Shown here: piece after piece, positions 30,142-44,329 of the stretch
Layout: each line of letters begins with the position of its first letter
Numbering within the stretch: the stretch's first letter is position 1
DNA from: Eledone cirrhosa
Lineage: Eukaryota
Assembly (NCBI GenBank): GCA_964016885.1
Contig: OZ024742.1
Coordinates: 148,738,001-148,802,000 of the forward strand
Length of the DNA stretch: 64,000 bases
Direction: 5' to 3'
Program-made: the position numbers and the translations under genes
The notes under the pieces: model-generated
The model's input: only the letters and a program-made list of their open reading frames with translations
Databases searched by the model: none
What the model was told of the DNA's origin: nothing

Positions 30142-30318
30142 TCATATTAGATACAAAGAAAATAACTGACAGTAATATGATTTTATACAATTTTTCACAG
30201 AAATTGAAAAGACTATTTGTGGAAGTAAAAGTTATCACACAGATGCAGCAAAAGTAAAATAAACAGAACTCAACCGTTGAATAATTTTAAATTCTCTGTT
30301 GATGATTTTTATCAGTTA

Positions 30319-30930
30319 CTAGCAGTGGTACCCGGCGTTGCACGGGATAAGGTATTTTGGAACGCGGGCCGCCAACAGACCTAATCGTGGAAAAACTGCA
30401 TGCCTGGACAATATGTAAAGAAAATAAACCGAATACTGTGATGGCTGGATAATCTTTAAGATTTTCCTCGATGAAGCAGGAAAAATGCAGGTTTTCACCT
30501 AATGCGGGCCTTAGGGGATCAAGAAAATGAATTTTTTTTATGTGCATAATATGCCTTGAAATTTCGGGAAAATCGGCTAGACGTAACGCCTCAAAAAAGC
30601 CCTAAAAAGCTGAAAAAATGAATTTTTTCACCTAGGCCATGAAAAAAGTTGGATTTTCTTTGCTCACGGTATGAAGAACTGACTGACTAATACATAGTTA
30701 CAATTTCAAGGAAATCGGTCTGACGTAACGCCTCAAAATACCCTAAAAAGCTGAAAAAACGCAGTTTTTCACCTAATGCAGGCCCTAGGGGATGAAAAAG
30801 TTGAATTTTATGTGCATAACACTCCTTGAAACATAAGTAATACACATGTAAAGTTCTCGGGTTTTAGGGATTCAAACTCACAGACACACAGACACACACA
30901 CACACACACATCCTCAGTTTTATATATATA
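30319..30930 (-). mobile_element. Non-autonomous Helitron
   Basis: Minus-strand 3' end is hairpin CCCGTGCAACGCCGGG followed by CTAG|T. The 5' end reads TATATATAAAACTGAGGA-(TG)n. Internal direct duplications are present. Confidence 0.8.
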
Positions 30931-31083
30931 AATAATAGTATCACCATGATACATTACGATTAATAGCAAAGCCTGCGAACAAAACGTCTTTGCCTTTCAT
31001 CCTTACGGGATTGATAAAATAAAGTACCAGTAATGCACTGGGTTATTTGCTGGTCTTAAATACATGCATACATACATACATAC

Positions 31084-31871
31084 TAACATCGAAGATATCA
31101 CCCATGTCATCAGCAGCTGTCCAAAGATGTCATCGCGGTACTATCTACCTATGAGGCATGATGTAGTGGCCAAAACACTGTACAATGCAATCCGTAAAAA
31201 AGAAAGCCCCGATAATAAACACATTAAAAGCTACAGCAATGTGGAAGACATCCATGTACATAATATGAAAGAGTACTGGCGGAATGTTCCAGTAAAAACC
31301 CCAATAAAATGCAGGCATAACAGACCAGATATTATGATATGGGACAGGGAGAAGAAAGCATGCACAGTAGTGGAAATTAGCTGCCTAGCAGATGCCAATA
31401 TAATATCAAAAATTAACGAAAAGGAGAATATTTATGCAGAACTAATTAGAAATCTGCAGATACTCCATCCTGATTACACCTTCAGATTTATGCCTGAGAT
31501 TGTTGGGCACTGGAGTATGTTAGTAACTGCCTCAATACAAAAAAAGCTAGGCTTTACAGGAACAGAAAGAACACAACTAGTTAGGAAATTACAAGTTCAA
31601 TCCATTAATGGAACAGTAAAAATATGTAAAATTTCCAAAAATGTTGCATCTATTAACTGCATATACACATGTACAGATACAAAGCTTATACACATGCACA
31701 CATACAACTCAAAACATACACATCCATACATACACATCTCTACACATGCATGCATACATAATCTACCTAGTTGATGTTGTGTAAATTCCAATGAGAGAGT
31801 CTTATGTCTATGTTAGAAACCGACTCTCTCTCTATTGGGAAAAAATTTGTGAAATTATAAAACCAGAAGAA
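31084..31871 (+). mobile_element. R4/Dong-type RLE non-LTR retrotransposon, 3' fragment, in (CATA)n
   Basis: EDITHVISSC, RHD, HNRPDIMIWD, VVEISC, KENIY. CATA repeats on both sides. Confidence 0.9.
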
Positions 31872-31945
31872 CATCCATACATCCATACATGCATACATAC
31901 ATACATACATACATACATACATACATACATACATACATACATACA

Positions 31946-32451
31946 TGGTGGGTGCCAACTCGTTTTCGAGTACGGCCACTACTTTATATCCATGTAGGAG
32001 AACCCCTACCGATGCGCTGAACGAGTGTGACTTTTTAGTCCAGCCAGTGACTTGAAAACTCTGGTACAAACACTACACTTGTGACAAATATTGACACATA
32101 GTGCTGGGCCCATGGTACCATGTGACGACAAGTGCAGAGAGATCTCCAGATATAAAGTAATGCCTGTGCCGTGAAGCTTTTATAGTGAGCAAAGGCACTG
32201 CACAAAGCCAGTCCCACTCTCTTAACCAAGATGATATTTACCAAAAAGAAGAACAAGTCAACATCATTGGATACCATCAGGGTTGCAGGTGTTATATCAG
32301 AGTTTTCCTTCTCCTAGAATTCTGCCTTGACAAAGGCTAAGGGGTCATCTCTCCCGGTGATTTTGGATGGCCATTGACTCTTAAGAGCTCCTTTGCCCTT
32401 TGACAGGTTTTGTTTTTAGTCCTGCAGGATGTCCAAAGTCACCCTCCATAA
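31946..32451. mobile_element. Non-coding ~500-bp element embedded in (CATA)n
   Basis: Second copy at 50261-50699 has the same left end and a shorter right end. Confidence 0.8.
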
Positions 32452-32490
32452 CATACATACATACATACATACATACATACATACACACAC

Positions 32491-33630
<1,140 letters not shown>

Positions 33631-33633
33631 TCT

Positions 33634-33755
<122 letters not shown>

Positions 33756-33920
33756 ATGCGGCTGGACTGCCGATCGCTATATTTGATTTGCAAAGCTGTC
33801 TAAACGTATTGTTATTACTCTGGGGTATTATTCTCTATCGAGTGCTAAAGCTACATTCCGAATTTGCATTCGTTAGCTTAACCGCGCAGCCTAAAGCTTC
33901 GTTAATGCTATATTAAAATT

Positions 33921-33969
<49 letters not shown>

Positions 33970-34354
33970 GCACACACATAAAATAACTACATACTAAAAC
34001 AGTGTGTGTAGGCGCGTGTGTGTATGTGTTTGTGTGTCGTGGGTGCGATTGATAAGATATGAATAATTTCACTTGGATAGTTTGTATACATGGTTATATG
34101 AAACGTGTGTGCCATAATATTAACACATTTAATCCTCATTAAATTAAAATGAATCAGTCTAGCGACATACTTCTACCATCCTATCAAAGATGCTCCTCGC
34201 CCTATGGATTTGATGCTGCATCAATTTCAAATGGTCTAATTGTATTTCTAAGAAGCAACATTATCGATCTCAACATTAGAATTCAAAATTAATCCCTTGC
34301 CTAAAATATTCAGGAACGGAATATTAACACTCACACGCGCGCGCGCGCACACAC

Positions 34355-34434
<80 letters not shown>

Positions 34435-34478
34435 GCGCGCGCGCGCGCACACGGTCGCACACACACAAGTACGTACAT

Positions 34479-34512
<34 letters not shown>

Positions 34513-34516
<4 letters not shown>

Positions 34517-34707
34517 TTAATAAAGAAATGGCTTCTACAGGACTAGACCTGTTTCATTCGGAAGAAATCATCAGGGCTTTCCTGGTGATTTCCTCCGAAT
34601 GAAACAATTCTAGTCCTGTAGAAGCCATTTCTATACTAAATATTTATACTCTGTTATGTATTGAGTACCTTACTTACTGAGGTTACCTCCGATTGAACCC
34701 GGGATAA

Positions 34708-34710
<3 letters not shown>
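34513..34710. mobile_element. Fold-back HHR element (arms 34513-34575 / 34581-34643) plus tail
   Basis: CTGRTGA-TTTC..GAAT-GAAA-CA...TG-TA-GAAGCC on both strands. Homologous to 62221-62419. Confidence 0.85.
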
Positions 34711-34779
<69 letters not shown>

Positions 34780-34781
<2 letters not shown>

Positions 34782-35185
34782 AAGGCGGGTAAAATTCCCG
34801 AGATCCATGGACGAGTTCTCTCCAGCGGTCTCTGTCCCTCATTATCGCTGCCATGTCCTGCGTCTCCAACAGACCAGTGTCTGACCTTAGGGCATCAACA
34901 TACGTTAACCTTGGCCTTCCTCTTCTAGTGTGTTCATTTAGGGGCTCCCACGGGACCACTGAGTGCAATGTCAACTCTGGATGTCGGTGAGCATGTCCAG
35001 CTAACCTCAGTCTCCTCTGTGTCACTTTTGAGCTGACTTTTGGGATGCTCCCATACAGCTCTGAATTTTTCATCCTCAGTGTATACTGATTAATGTTCAG
35101 AGCCATCCTCAGCATTCTCGTGTAGCACCCATCCACCATCTGAGTGAGTTTCTTGGTCAGTGTCCAGACCCGTACAGCAGCACAG
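34780..35185 (-). mobile_element. RTE-clade LINE 3' fragment
   Basis: WTLTK...DGCYTRMLR.ALN...RRLRLAGH..RH...WEP...RRGRP. The stop codon is followed directly by (AT)n. Confidence 0.88.
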
Positions 35186-35342
35186 ACTCCACTACAGCAG
35201 GATGAATTGGGTTTGAAACTGGTTAGACCATTAACCAACAGAGTACTCGATACTTGGGGTAATAGAGTATGGTTATATTATAAAGCGTTGGGACCCGACA
35301 GCTGAGCTCTTGCCGTTTCAACAGCTAGTTCCAGAGTCTGTA
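35186..35342 (-). mobile_element. PLE terminal fragment of the 32566-32757 family (another piece at ~51391-51450, +)
   Basis: Shared GAAA-CGGC..GAGCTC-AGCYG-TC-GGG(G)TCC and tail. Confidence 0.65.
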
Positions 35343-35343
35343 A

Positions 35344-35397
<54 letters not shown>

Positions 35398-35736
35398 CTG
35401 TGTTTCTGTGTGATATATAATCCTATACAATTTACACACATACACACACAAATATATATGCCTATATGTAAGTGGTATGTGTTTATGTAAATGTGTGCAT
35501 GTCTATGCTATAAATTATATTCCACTTTTGTACGCGACTGCACCGAGTTGTTTATTATATAAGAACGGAGAAACTGTTTAATGTACGTTTTGTTATTATT
35601 TTTTTTTTTCTATAGACTTGTGTGCCAATATATTATTTATTGCTCCTTCTCTCATTCTCTCTCATAAAAATCTGATTTTTCAATCTTCATTTTTTGTTTT
35701 CTAATCACTAAGATTATTATTTCAATCTTTATACAG

Positions 35737-35837
35737 AAAGAAAGTATATCGCCCTAACAAAGATGGCGTGTTGTGTTTGGGTTTCACTTATTCTCGCAAC
35801 AACAACAAACCAGTAAATACGATGGTTCGATATAATA
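35737..35837 (+). CDS. Host gene exon C: (R)KKVYRPNKDGVLCLGFTYSRNNNKPVNTMVRYN(S)
   Basis: tctttatacag acceptor and A/gtgagt donor. 101 bp, open, phase 2 to 1. Confidence 0.8.
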
Positions 35838-38401
35838 GTGAGTATATATTGTATTTTATATATATATATATATGTTAATTCACTGAGGTAAATGACCCAG
35901 CATGAAATCTTTAATTGATCTATTGATTAGATTTCGTGTAATGCATCGAATAGGTGCGAAATGAATAAAATAAAAATAAAATGAAATGTCGAATGGAAGA
36001 AGAAGGAAGAAGAGAAGCGAGAAATATCGATAGAATGACTAGAAATGAGTGAATATGCTAGTTTGGCGTTTGGGGATTGGTGACATCAAAATATTATAAA
36101 GCAATTAAATATATTTATTGCTGAGTATCCGTCGTTTCCATCGACGAGTGCTGCCGTTGATTTAATCAACGGAAGAACTGCCTGCTCATGAAATTAAAGT
36201 GCAAGTGCCTGAGCATTCCATAGATACTTGCACCCTTAATGTAGTTCTCAGGGAGATTCAGTGTTACACATTGTAACAAGACTGGCCTCTTGAATTACAG
36301 GCACAACTCATTTTTGCTAGCTGAGTGAACTGGAGCAACGTAAACTAAAGTATCTGGTTCAAGGACTCAGCGTGCCATCCAGTCCAGGAATCGAACTCCC
36401 AAAAGATCATTGCTAGTTACACCCTTGTTGCGCCTTCATAATCAAGTATATATAAAGATTATAGAAATACATAAGGAGAAAATAGATAAAGTTATTGCGA
36501 CCTGTGGAAGTCATATTATACGATCCTACGAAGGTGCCTCTACTAGAAATAACATACAAATTCTGCTAGAAATAACATACAAATTCGTGTCAAAACATAC
36601 CTCATCTTCTTTAAAAAGGGAAGACCGATTCTTGAATGGCTTTTTTTTAGTATTTTTAGTATTTTTCTGAAAATACGATGAGATGGTCTTGGGCGGAAGG
36701 CTTTGATCTCGAGTCTCCTAGATTTGAGATGGCCTGTAGTTAAACAAAAACACGTCATATATGCTTTGATTTCCGATTTAGTCTTAATTTGTGACTTCAC
36801 AAAAAAATGCGCCGATTTGCTATTTTTAGTGTTGGTTAAACAAGCATACAATATTCTAATTTTCTAATGTAGCGAAATGGTAGCTTGGTAATGCATCCTT
36901 TATATTTGTAGCGCCCATGGGAAAAGTTTAAATGTTTCAAACCTCAAATCAATGGTTGTTAAACAAGAATATTGGAGTGCCACGTTAAACATCAGATAGA
37001 AACTTTGTGATCTTTACGGCTCTCTGCGTTCTGAGTTCAAATCCCACCGAGGTCAATTTTGCCTTTCATCCTTTCCATGCTGACAAAAAAAATGAACCTT
37101 TCTCACTTCCTTTCTTTCTCTTTCTCTCTCCCCCCCCCCCTCTTTCTCTCTCTCTCTCTCTCCTTCTTGAAAGAAATCGGCTGCGTTCCGACCTGGAGAG
37201 TAGATGGGATCCGACAAGATTTTAAGGAATGCCTAAGAAGCGCTGTATGTCACTAGGGTATTTCTATGACCCCATCAGGAGTTACAAGTCCATACATACA
37301 TTACTTTGGAGAGAGATGCATAGGTTGTGTAATAGAAGTGCGGTTGACAAAGGGTTGAGAATGTGGAGTTGAAATAATATTAATATATAAATCAATCGGC
37401 TTCAGCTGGAACGAACGAAAAGAGTAAGTTCAAAGTAATACAGTTATCTATGTGATAATATTTGGTTCTTTCCTTTTCCACTCGTATTCCTCAGTAAGTT
37501 AGGATTATGTGTGGTGAGTGTCAAAAAATTCTTAGATGCTCTGTTTTAAGTCAAAAAGTCTAAAGAGGCATTTATTAGTGCTACAGAATACGAAAACTAA
37601 AACGAAAAATTCAAACATTTTACGTTTGATTCATTTTATCTTTATGAGAAATAAATAATCAGTTTATCAGTATTATATACGGTCACTTGTATATGTGTGT
37701 CAGAGAAACGGGGGTATCATTTAATCTCTATATAGTTGTATATTGAAAACGTAGTAAACTAACATCGTTTGATAACAAAAACGATAAAATTGCGGAGTTA
37801 TCAAGAGATCAATATTGATTTTACAAAATATTTTGTGAAGTTTACGGTGTCAGACCAAATAATTACTGTATATATTTATGTAAAAATGGTTTGTGAACCA
37901 ATGTATTATCCTGGATGTTACCATGAAGAAATTAATTTTACTACGATTTTATGATCTAATGTACGTAAGTGAAAATATTTATAAGAGCTACGCGGCTTTG
38001 TTTATGTGTTTTGGTAGTACAAAATGAGTTTTGATCCATAGAAATATCGGTATTATTACTGTATATTCATTGTTTTATTCATTGAGAGTCCATTTGGGCA
38101 TCTGACTGACAGAGCACACACGTGCTTTTTCTCCAAATTTGTTTTTCTGTTTCTTCCTCTTCTCACTCTCTTTTAACTTTCTATTTCTTCTTTTATTTCT
38201 CCTATCTTCTGGTGAAGGACTAACGATAAGACAATTTTCTTACTATATCAAACGTTAAACTAATATATATCTTCATTGTATATAATTTATTGTTTGCTTT
38301 ATTGTTTTCCGTTTACTTATCATATTATGTGTATGCGTGCGTGTGTTTGCGTATGTGTACATATGCATATAATTCATATTTATATATATATATGCACACA
38401 C

Positions 38402-38510
<109 letters not shown>

Positions 38511-38639
38511 TACTAGCCGTAGAAATAAACGTAAAGCTGTGTGTCGCCATAGGCAAGCCTTGAGTTGTTCAATGTTTTGTCGGTGAAATTCGGTAGACGA
38601 AAAGTACTCCATATATCGCTCGTTTCACTCTTCCAGCTA

Positions 38640-39170
38640 TCTCTCGGATCATGTACTGTTACGCAGTAAGATTTAATTCAATCTTCCCAACAAAAGACGT
38701 CTTCAAAAGCCACCTATCTCACGCAAGGTTGATGTGGGTGCTTTGAGATCCACTGATAGGGAGCTGGAACTTTCTGCAAAACTTCACTCATCCCTCGACT
38801 CTCTCAGATTTCTGATGACACATTGAGGCTTCTTGAAAAGTGCTCAAAGATGCCAACTATGCAGCCTCCGTAAAAAGTCTTAGGGTTTCCTATGAGAAAA
38901 CACCAAGGCTGGTTTGACGAAAGCAACTCATATGTCCAGAATATTATCAGCAAGATACATAACCTACGCAGGCTTTGGGTTGGAGGTAAAACCTCAACAA
39001 CTAAAACGAAAGCCTATAAATATTGTAAGCAGCAAGCACAGTCCTCACTTAGAAAGATGAAGGTTGCCAAGTGGGCAGTTAAAGCAGTTGAAATACAAGA
39101 AGCGGCCGATAAAAAGGACTCCAGAACTTTTTATAATGGCCTGAAGGCGGTGTATAGTGCGAGGGAGAGA
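38640..39170 (+). mobile_element. RTE/BovB-like LINE internal fragment
   Basis: RKHQGWFDE...KAVEIQEAADKKDSRTFYNGLKAVY, the EN-RT linker signature. Confidence 0.85.
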
Positions 39171-39872
<702 letters not shown>

Positions 39873-40267
39873 TAGAGAGAGATGCACAATCATCAAACTG
39901 GGAAACTTGTGTTTTGATAAATTTATGGTTTCCATAAGAGAAGCCTTATAGTTTATGTTAATAACTGGTACGTGGTCGTGATGAAATATCAAAACTATAT
40001 TTTAATTTATTTCTGAGACATAATCACATAAATGTTCCGCATGTGTGTATAAATGACATACAGATTTAAAATATATGAGTAACCTTTTAGAGGGACAAAT
40101 GTAAGGTTAGAACCAAGAGCCTTGCGATTGAAAAGCGAAATTCTTATTTTAGCAACAAGCGTGATATAGAAAATGTATTGCGCATGTTTGTGTATGTAAA
40201 ATTTAAAGAGAATCAGACGGAGATGTATATAACTATAGAAACACATGTAGTGTATTATTATGGTAAA

Positions 40268-40725
40268 GGGCGGTGAATTGGCAGTATCGGTAGAGGGTTG
40301 GACGCCATGCTTTCTAGCATAGTTACGTCCCTTTACAGTCTGAATTCAAATCCCGCCGAGGTTAACTTTGCCTTTCATCCTTACGGGGTCGATAAAATAA
40401 AGTACCAGTAATGTACTGGGTAATTGCTAACCTTGTGCCTAAAGTAGAAACAATTATTGTTTCTACTTTAGGCACAAGGTCAGCAATTACCCAGTACATT
40501 ACTGGTACTTTATTTTATCGACCCCGTAAGGATGAAAGGCAAAGTTAACCTCGGCGGGATTTGAATTCAGACTGTAAAGGGACGTAACTATGCTAGAAAG
40601 CATGGCGTCCAACCCTCTACCGATACTGCCAATCCACCGCCCTTAAAGTAGAAACAATTATGGTAAAGTACCAGTAATGTACTGGGTAATTGCTGGCCTT
40701 GTGCCAAATGTAGAAACAATTATTA
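40268..40725. mobile_element. Tail-to-tail palindromic SINE family 1 dimer (40268-40454 / 40456-40642) plus a partial third copy
   Basis: 187-bp arms with a 1-nt spacer and two mismatches seen by eye. Confidence 0.92.
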
Positions 40726-40801
40726 TGGTAGATTTTTGGTGAAGATTTTTCTATCAAAATATAAAGCAATGTTTCTTTTTTTTTTTCATATTTAATTCCA
40801 G

Positions 40802-40930
40802 GTATGAGACAAGGCTTCCATATCCTCAGTCCTGAACTAATACCTCGTGATCAACCAGTCAGTATTGACACCCAATGTGATTTATTGAAGACTGGTGCAA
40901 TAAAGCCAACAGCTTATCTTCAACGATCAG
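40802..40930 (+). CDS. Host gene exon D: (S)[42 protein letters not shown]
   Basis: Long T tract plus ttccag acceptor, CAG/gtattt donor. 129 bp, open, phase 1 to 1. Confidence 0.78.
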
Positions 40931-40984
40931 GTATTTATTTCAAGATATACGAATACACACGCTGACACACACAGACAAACACAG

Positions 40985-41025
<41 letters not shown>

Positions 41026-41044
41026 ATATATATATATGTAATAT

Positions 41045-41185
<141 letters not shown>

Positions 41186-41235
41186 ATATATACATATATA
41201 TATATACATATATACATATATATATACATATATAC

Positions 41236-41351
<116 letters not shown>

Positions 41352-41568
41352 AGATCAAAAGATGGTTAAAAGAGTTCCAAGTATTTTATTATGCGCATTT
41401 CAAAATCAAGTATCATCATGGGATGATATTTGCGTTCTCATCAGATAAAATAGGGAAACATGATATGAAGCTTAAAAAACACTTGTGAGCAGTGAAGTTT
41501 TAAATCAACATATAGATTTTAAACGTCACTGCTCACAAGTGTTTTTTAAGCTTCATATCATGTTTCCC

Positions 41569-41640
41569 TATTTTATCTGATGAGAACGCAAATATCATCC
41601 CCATGATGAAACTTGTTTTTGAAATGCGCATAATAAAATA
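41569..41640 (+). ncRNA. Type I hammerhead
   Basis: TATTTTAT-CTGATGA-[37 nt]-GAAA-TGCGCA-TA^ATAAAATA. Confidence 0.75.
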
Positions 41641-41690
41641 CTTGGAACTCTTTTAACCATCTTTTGATCTTATATTATTTATACTCCAGT

Positions 41691-41880
41691 AGGGCGGTGG
41701 ATTGGCAGTATCGGTAGAGTGTCGGACGCCATGCTTTCTAGCATAGTTACGTCCCTTTACGATCTGAGTTCAAATCCTGCCGAGGTTGACTTTGCCTTTC
41801 ATCCTTACGGGGTCGATAAAATAAAGTACCAGTAATGCACTGGGTAATTGCTGGCCTTGTGCCTAAAGTAGAAACAATTA
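41691..41880 (+). mobile_element. Full-length SINE family 1 with a 17-bp TSD
   Basis: ATTATTTATACTCCAGT at 41674-41690 and 41877-41893. Confidence 0.93.
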
Positions 41881-41968
41881 TTTATACTCCAGTCCTATAA
41901 ACTGTGGAGTGCTACTTATCCGATATTTGCATTGTTTTATTGTTGCTACAATAAAACTCACCTCCTAC

Positions 41969-42020
<52 letters not shown>

Positions 42021-42251
42021 CATACTTGCAATACATGCATTCTTACAGATTCACCCATATACATGTATACGTGTGTATTTATCTATATATCTATAGCTAT
42101 ATCTACATTTCTACACAGGAAGTAAGACAAACACATGATATTATATTTCCAAACTTTATTACGTAATGAATATTACTGTACATTCCTAGATATATGGAAA
42201 GCACTTTTTCAGACGTAAATAAACTGTCACAATAACATCATATCATCTACT

Positions 42252-42414
42252 CGGGTCGGACGCCATGTTTTCCAGCATAGTTACGTCCCTTTACGATCTG
42301 AGTTCAAATCGCGCCGAGGTTGACTTTGCCTTTCATCCTTACGGGGTCGATAAAATAAAGTACCAGTAATGCACTGGGTAATTGCTGGCCTTGTGCCTAA
42401 AGTAGAAACAATTA
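42252..42414 (+). mobile_element. 5'-truncated SINE family 1
   Basis: Matches 41717-41880. Confidence 0.9.
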
Positions 42415-42496
42415 TATCATCATCTATCCTTTGGATATTAACGTTACCATTACTTATATGCATTTATATAAATATAAATCTATATGTGTGTGTGTG

Positions 42497-42574
<78 letters not shown>

Positions 42575-42867
42575 CGTGTGCATATGTGTATGTGTGTATG
42601 TGCGTGCTTTTTTTCATGAAACAAGGAAAACATGGAAAAGTAGCTTTCACTCTTGAAATCATTTAGACACTATATAACTGATGAGTTTTTTGTTGAATTC
42701 ACAACAAACAATAACAAGAGAGAGCAGGGGTCAACATGTATGTGTGTGTGTGTGTGTTTGTATGTATCCACATGTGTGTGGGTGTTTGTGTGTATGTGTG
42801 AGTGTTTGCGTGTATCAACATGTGTGTGATCAAATGTGTAGTGTATGTGTGTTGCATGTGTCAATAT

Positions 42868-42907
<40 letters not shown>

Positions 42908-43088
42908 GTGTATGTGGTTAGAATATGTATATATATCATCATCATCATCATCACTGTCTAACATCCATTTTTCATTTTTCCATACTAGCATGGGTTTATA
43001 TATGTGTGTTTGTATGTGTTGTGTATGTCAATATGTATATATATATATATATATATATGCATATGTTTGTGTGTGAGTATGTGATGTA

Positions 43089-43142
<54 letters not shown>

Positions 43143-43182
43143 TGTGTTGTGTTTGATCTCAATATGTATACATATATACATA

Positions 43183-43261
<79 letters not shown>

Positions 43262-43477
43262 GTGGTGTCAATATATATATATATATCATCATCATCACCG
43301 TTTTACCTCCATTCTTCCACGCTGGCATGGGTTAGACGGGTTGTCCTGATGTGGTCAATGTCAGGTCGGGTGACCTTGTCTTGCTCATACGGGAACTGAT
43401 TTTGGCTTGATTTTTACATTCCGTTGATTTCTACATGCCCTTCCTAACATCAACCTCATTTACAGTGAGTGCTATAC

Positions 43478-43544
<67 letters not shown>

Positions 43545-43551
43545 TATATAT

Positions 43552-43880
43552 GTAAGTATGTTTTGAAACAGCGAGCAAGTTTGAAATTAGAAAATAGACG
43601 CTTTCACCGTATTTTTTTACTAAAGAAATTTTAGCCTGATAGTGGGGTTTAGAGCCCTCAGAGAAATGGAAAAAGATGAGTATTGACGTACATGGGAGTC
43701 GCACCCACATCTTTGGTTATCCAGACCACTGTGCTACCATTACACCGACACATCACCCATCTCCTTCCATTCAAATTAGAAGTTACATTCTTAGCAAGTA
43801 TTATGACAAGTATGTTTTGAAACACCGAGCAAGTTTGAAATTAGAAAATAGAAGCTTTCACCGTATTTTTTTTACTAAAG

Positions 43881-43885
<5 letters not shown>
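43552..43885. mobile_element. Partially duplicated fragment of the 33203-33455 family
   Basis: 43555-43630 is repeated at 43808-43885 and matches 33203-33310. Confidence 0.7.
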
Positions 43886-43924
<39 letters not shown>

Positions 43925-44329
43925 GCTTTCATAGTTTCCACCAAATGTTATTCGTAAAGCATAGTTTGAAGTAGACAAGATTTTCTCAAGGTACCGTGCA
44001 ATGGGATTGAACTAAGATCCACGTTGTTGTGAAGCGTTCTTCTTAACGACACGACTATTTTTATCCAGGAAATGCTTTATTCCTGCTTAATGACTATTAT
44101 GTTCCTCTCTTGAGAGAAAAGCAAGAATGTTGCTTCGTGGTTCCCAGTGTTCTAGTCATTTATTTGGTCGTTTGTTTTATGGTTTCCTTGTCTTTGGAAT
44201 ATCGAATTGAATGTTGTGCAGCATTCGTTCCGGCATGTTGCACTCTGAGTTCAAATCCCATTGAAATCAACTTTGCTTTCCATCCTAAAAAGAGTATCAA
44301 TCCACTCGTGGAGACAATTCTACCTTTTT

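Noticed and set aside
37855-37963. Candidate extra exon (cag ... gtaagt)
   Set aside because: It has stops in the compatible frame and a poor pyrimidine tract, and exons C and D already join in phase.
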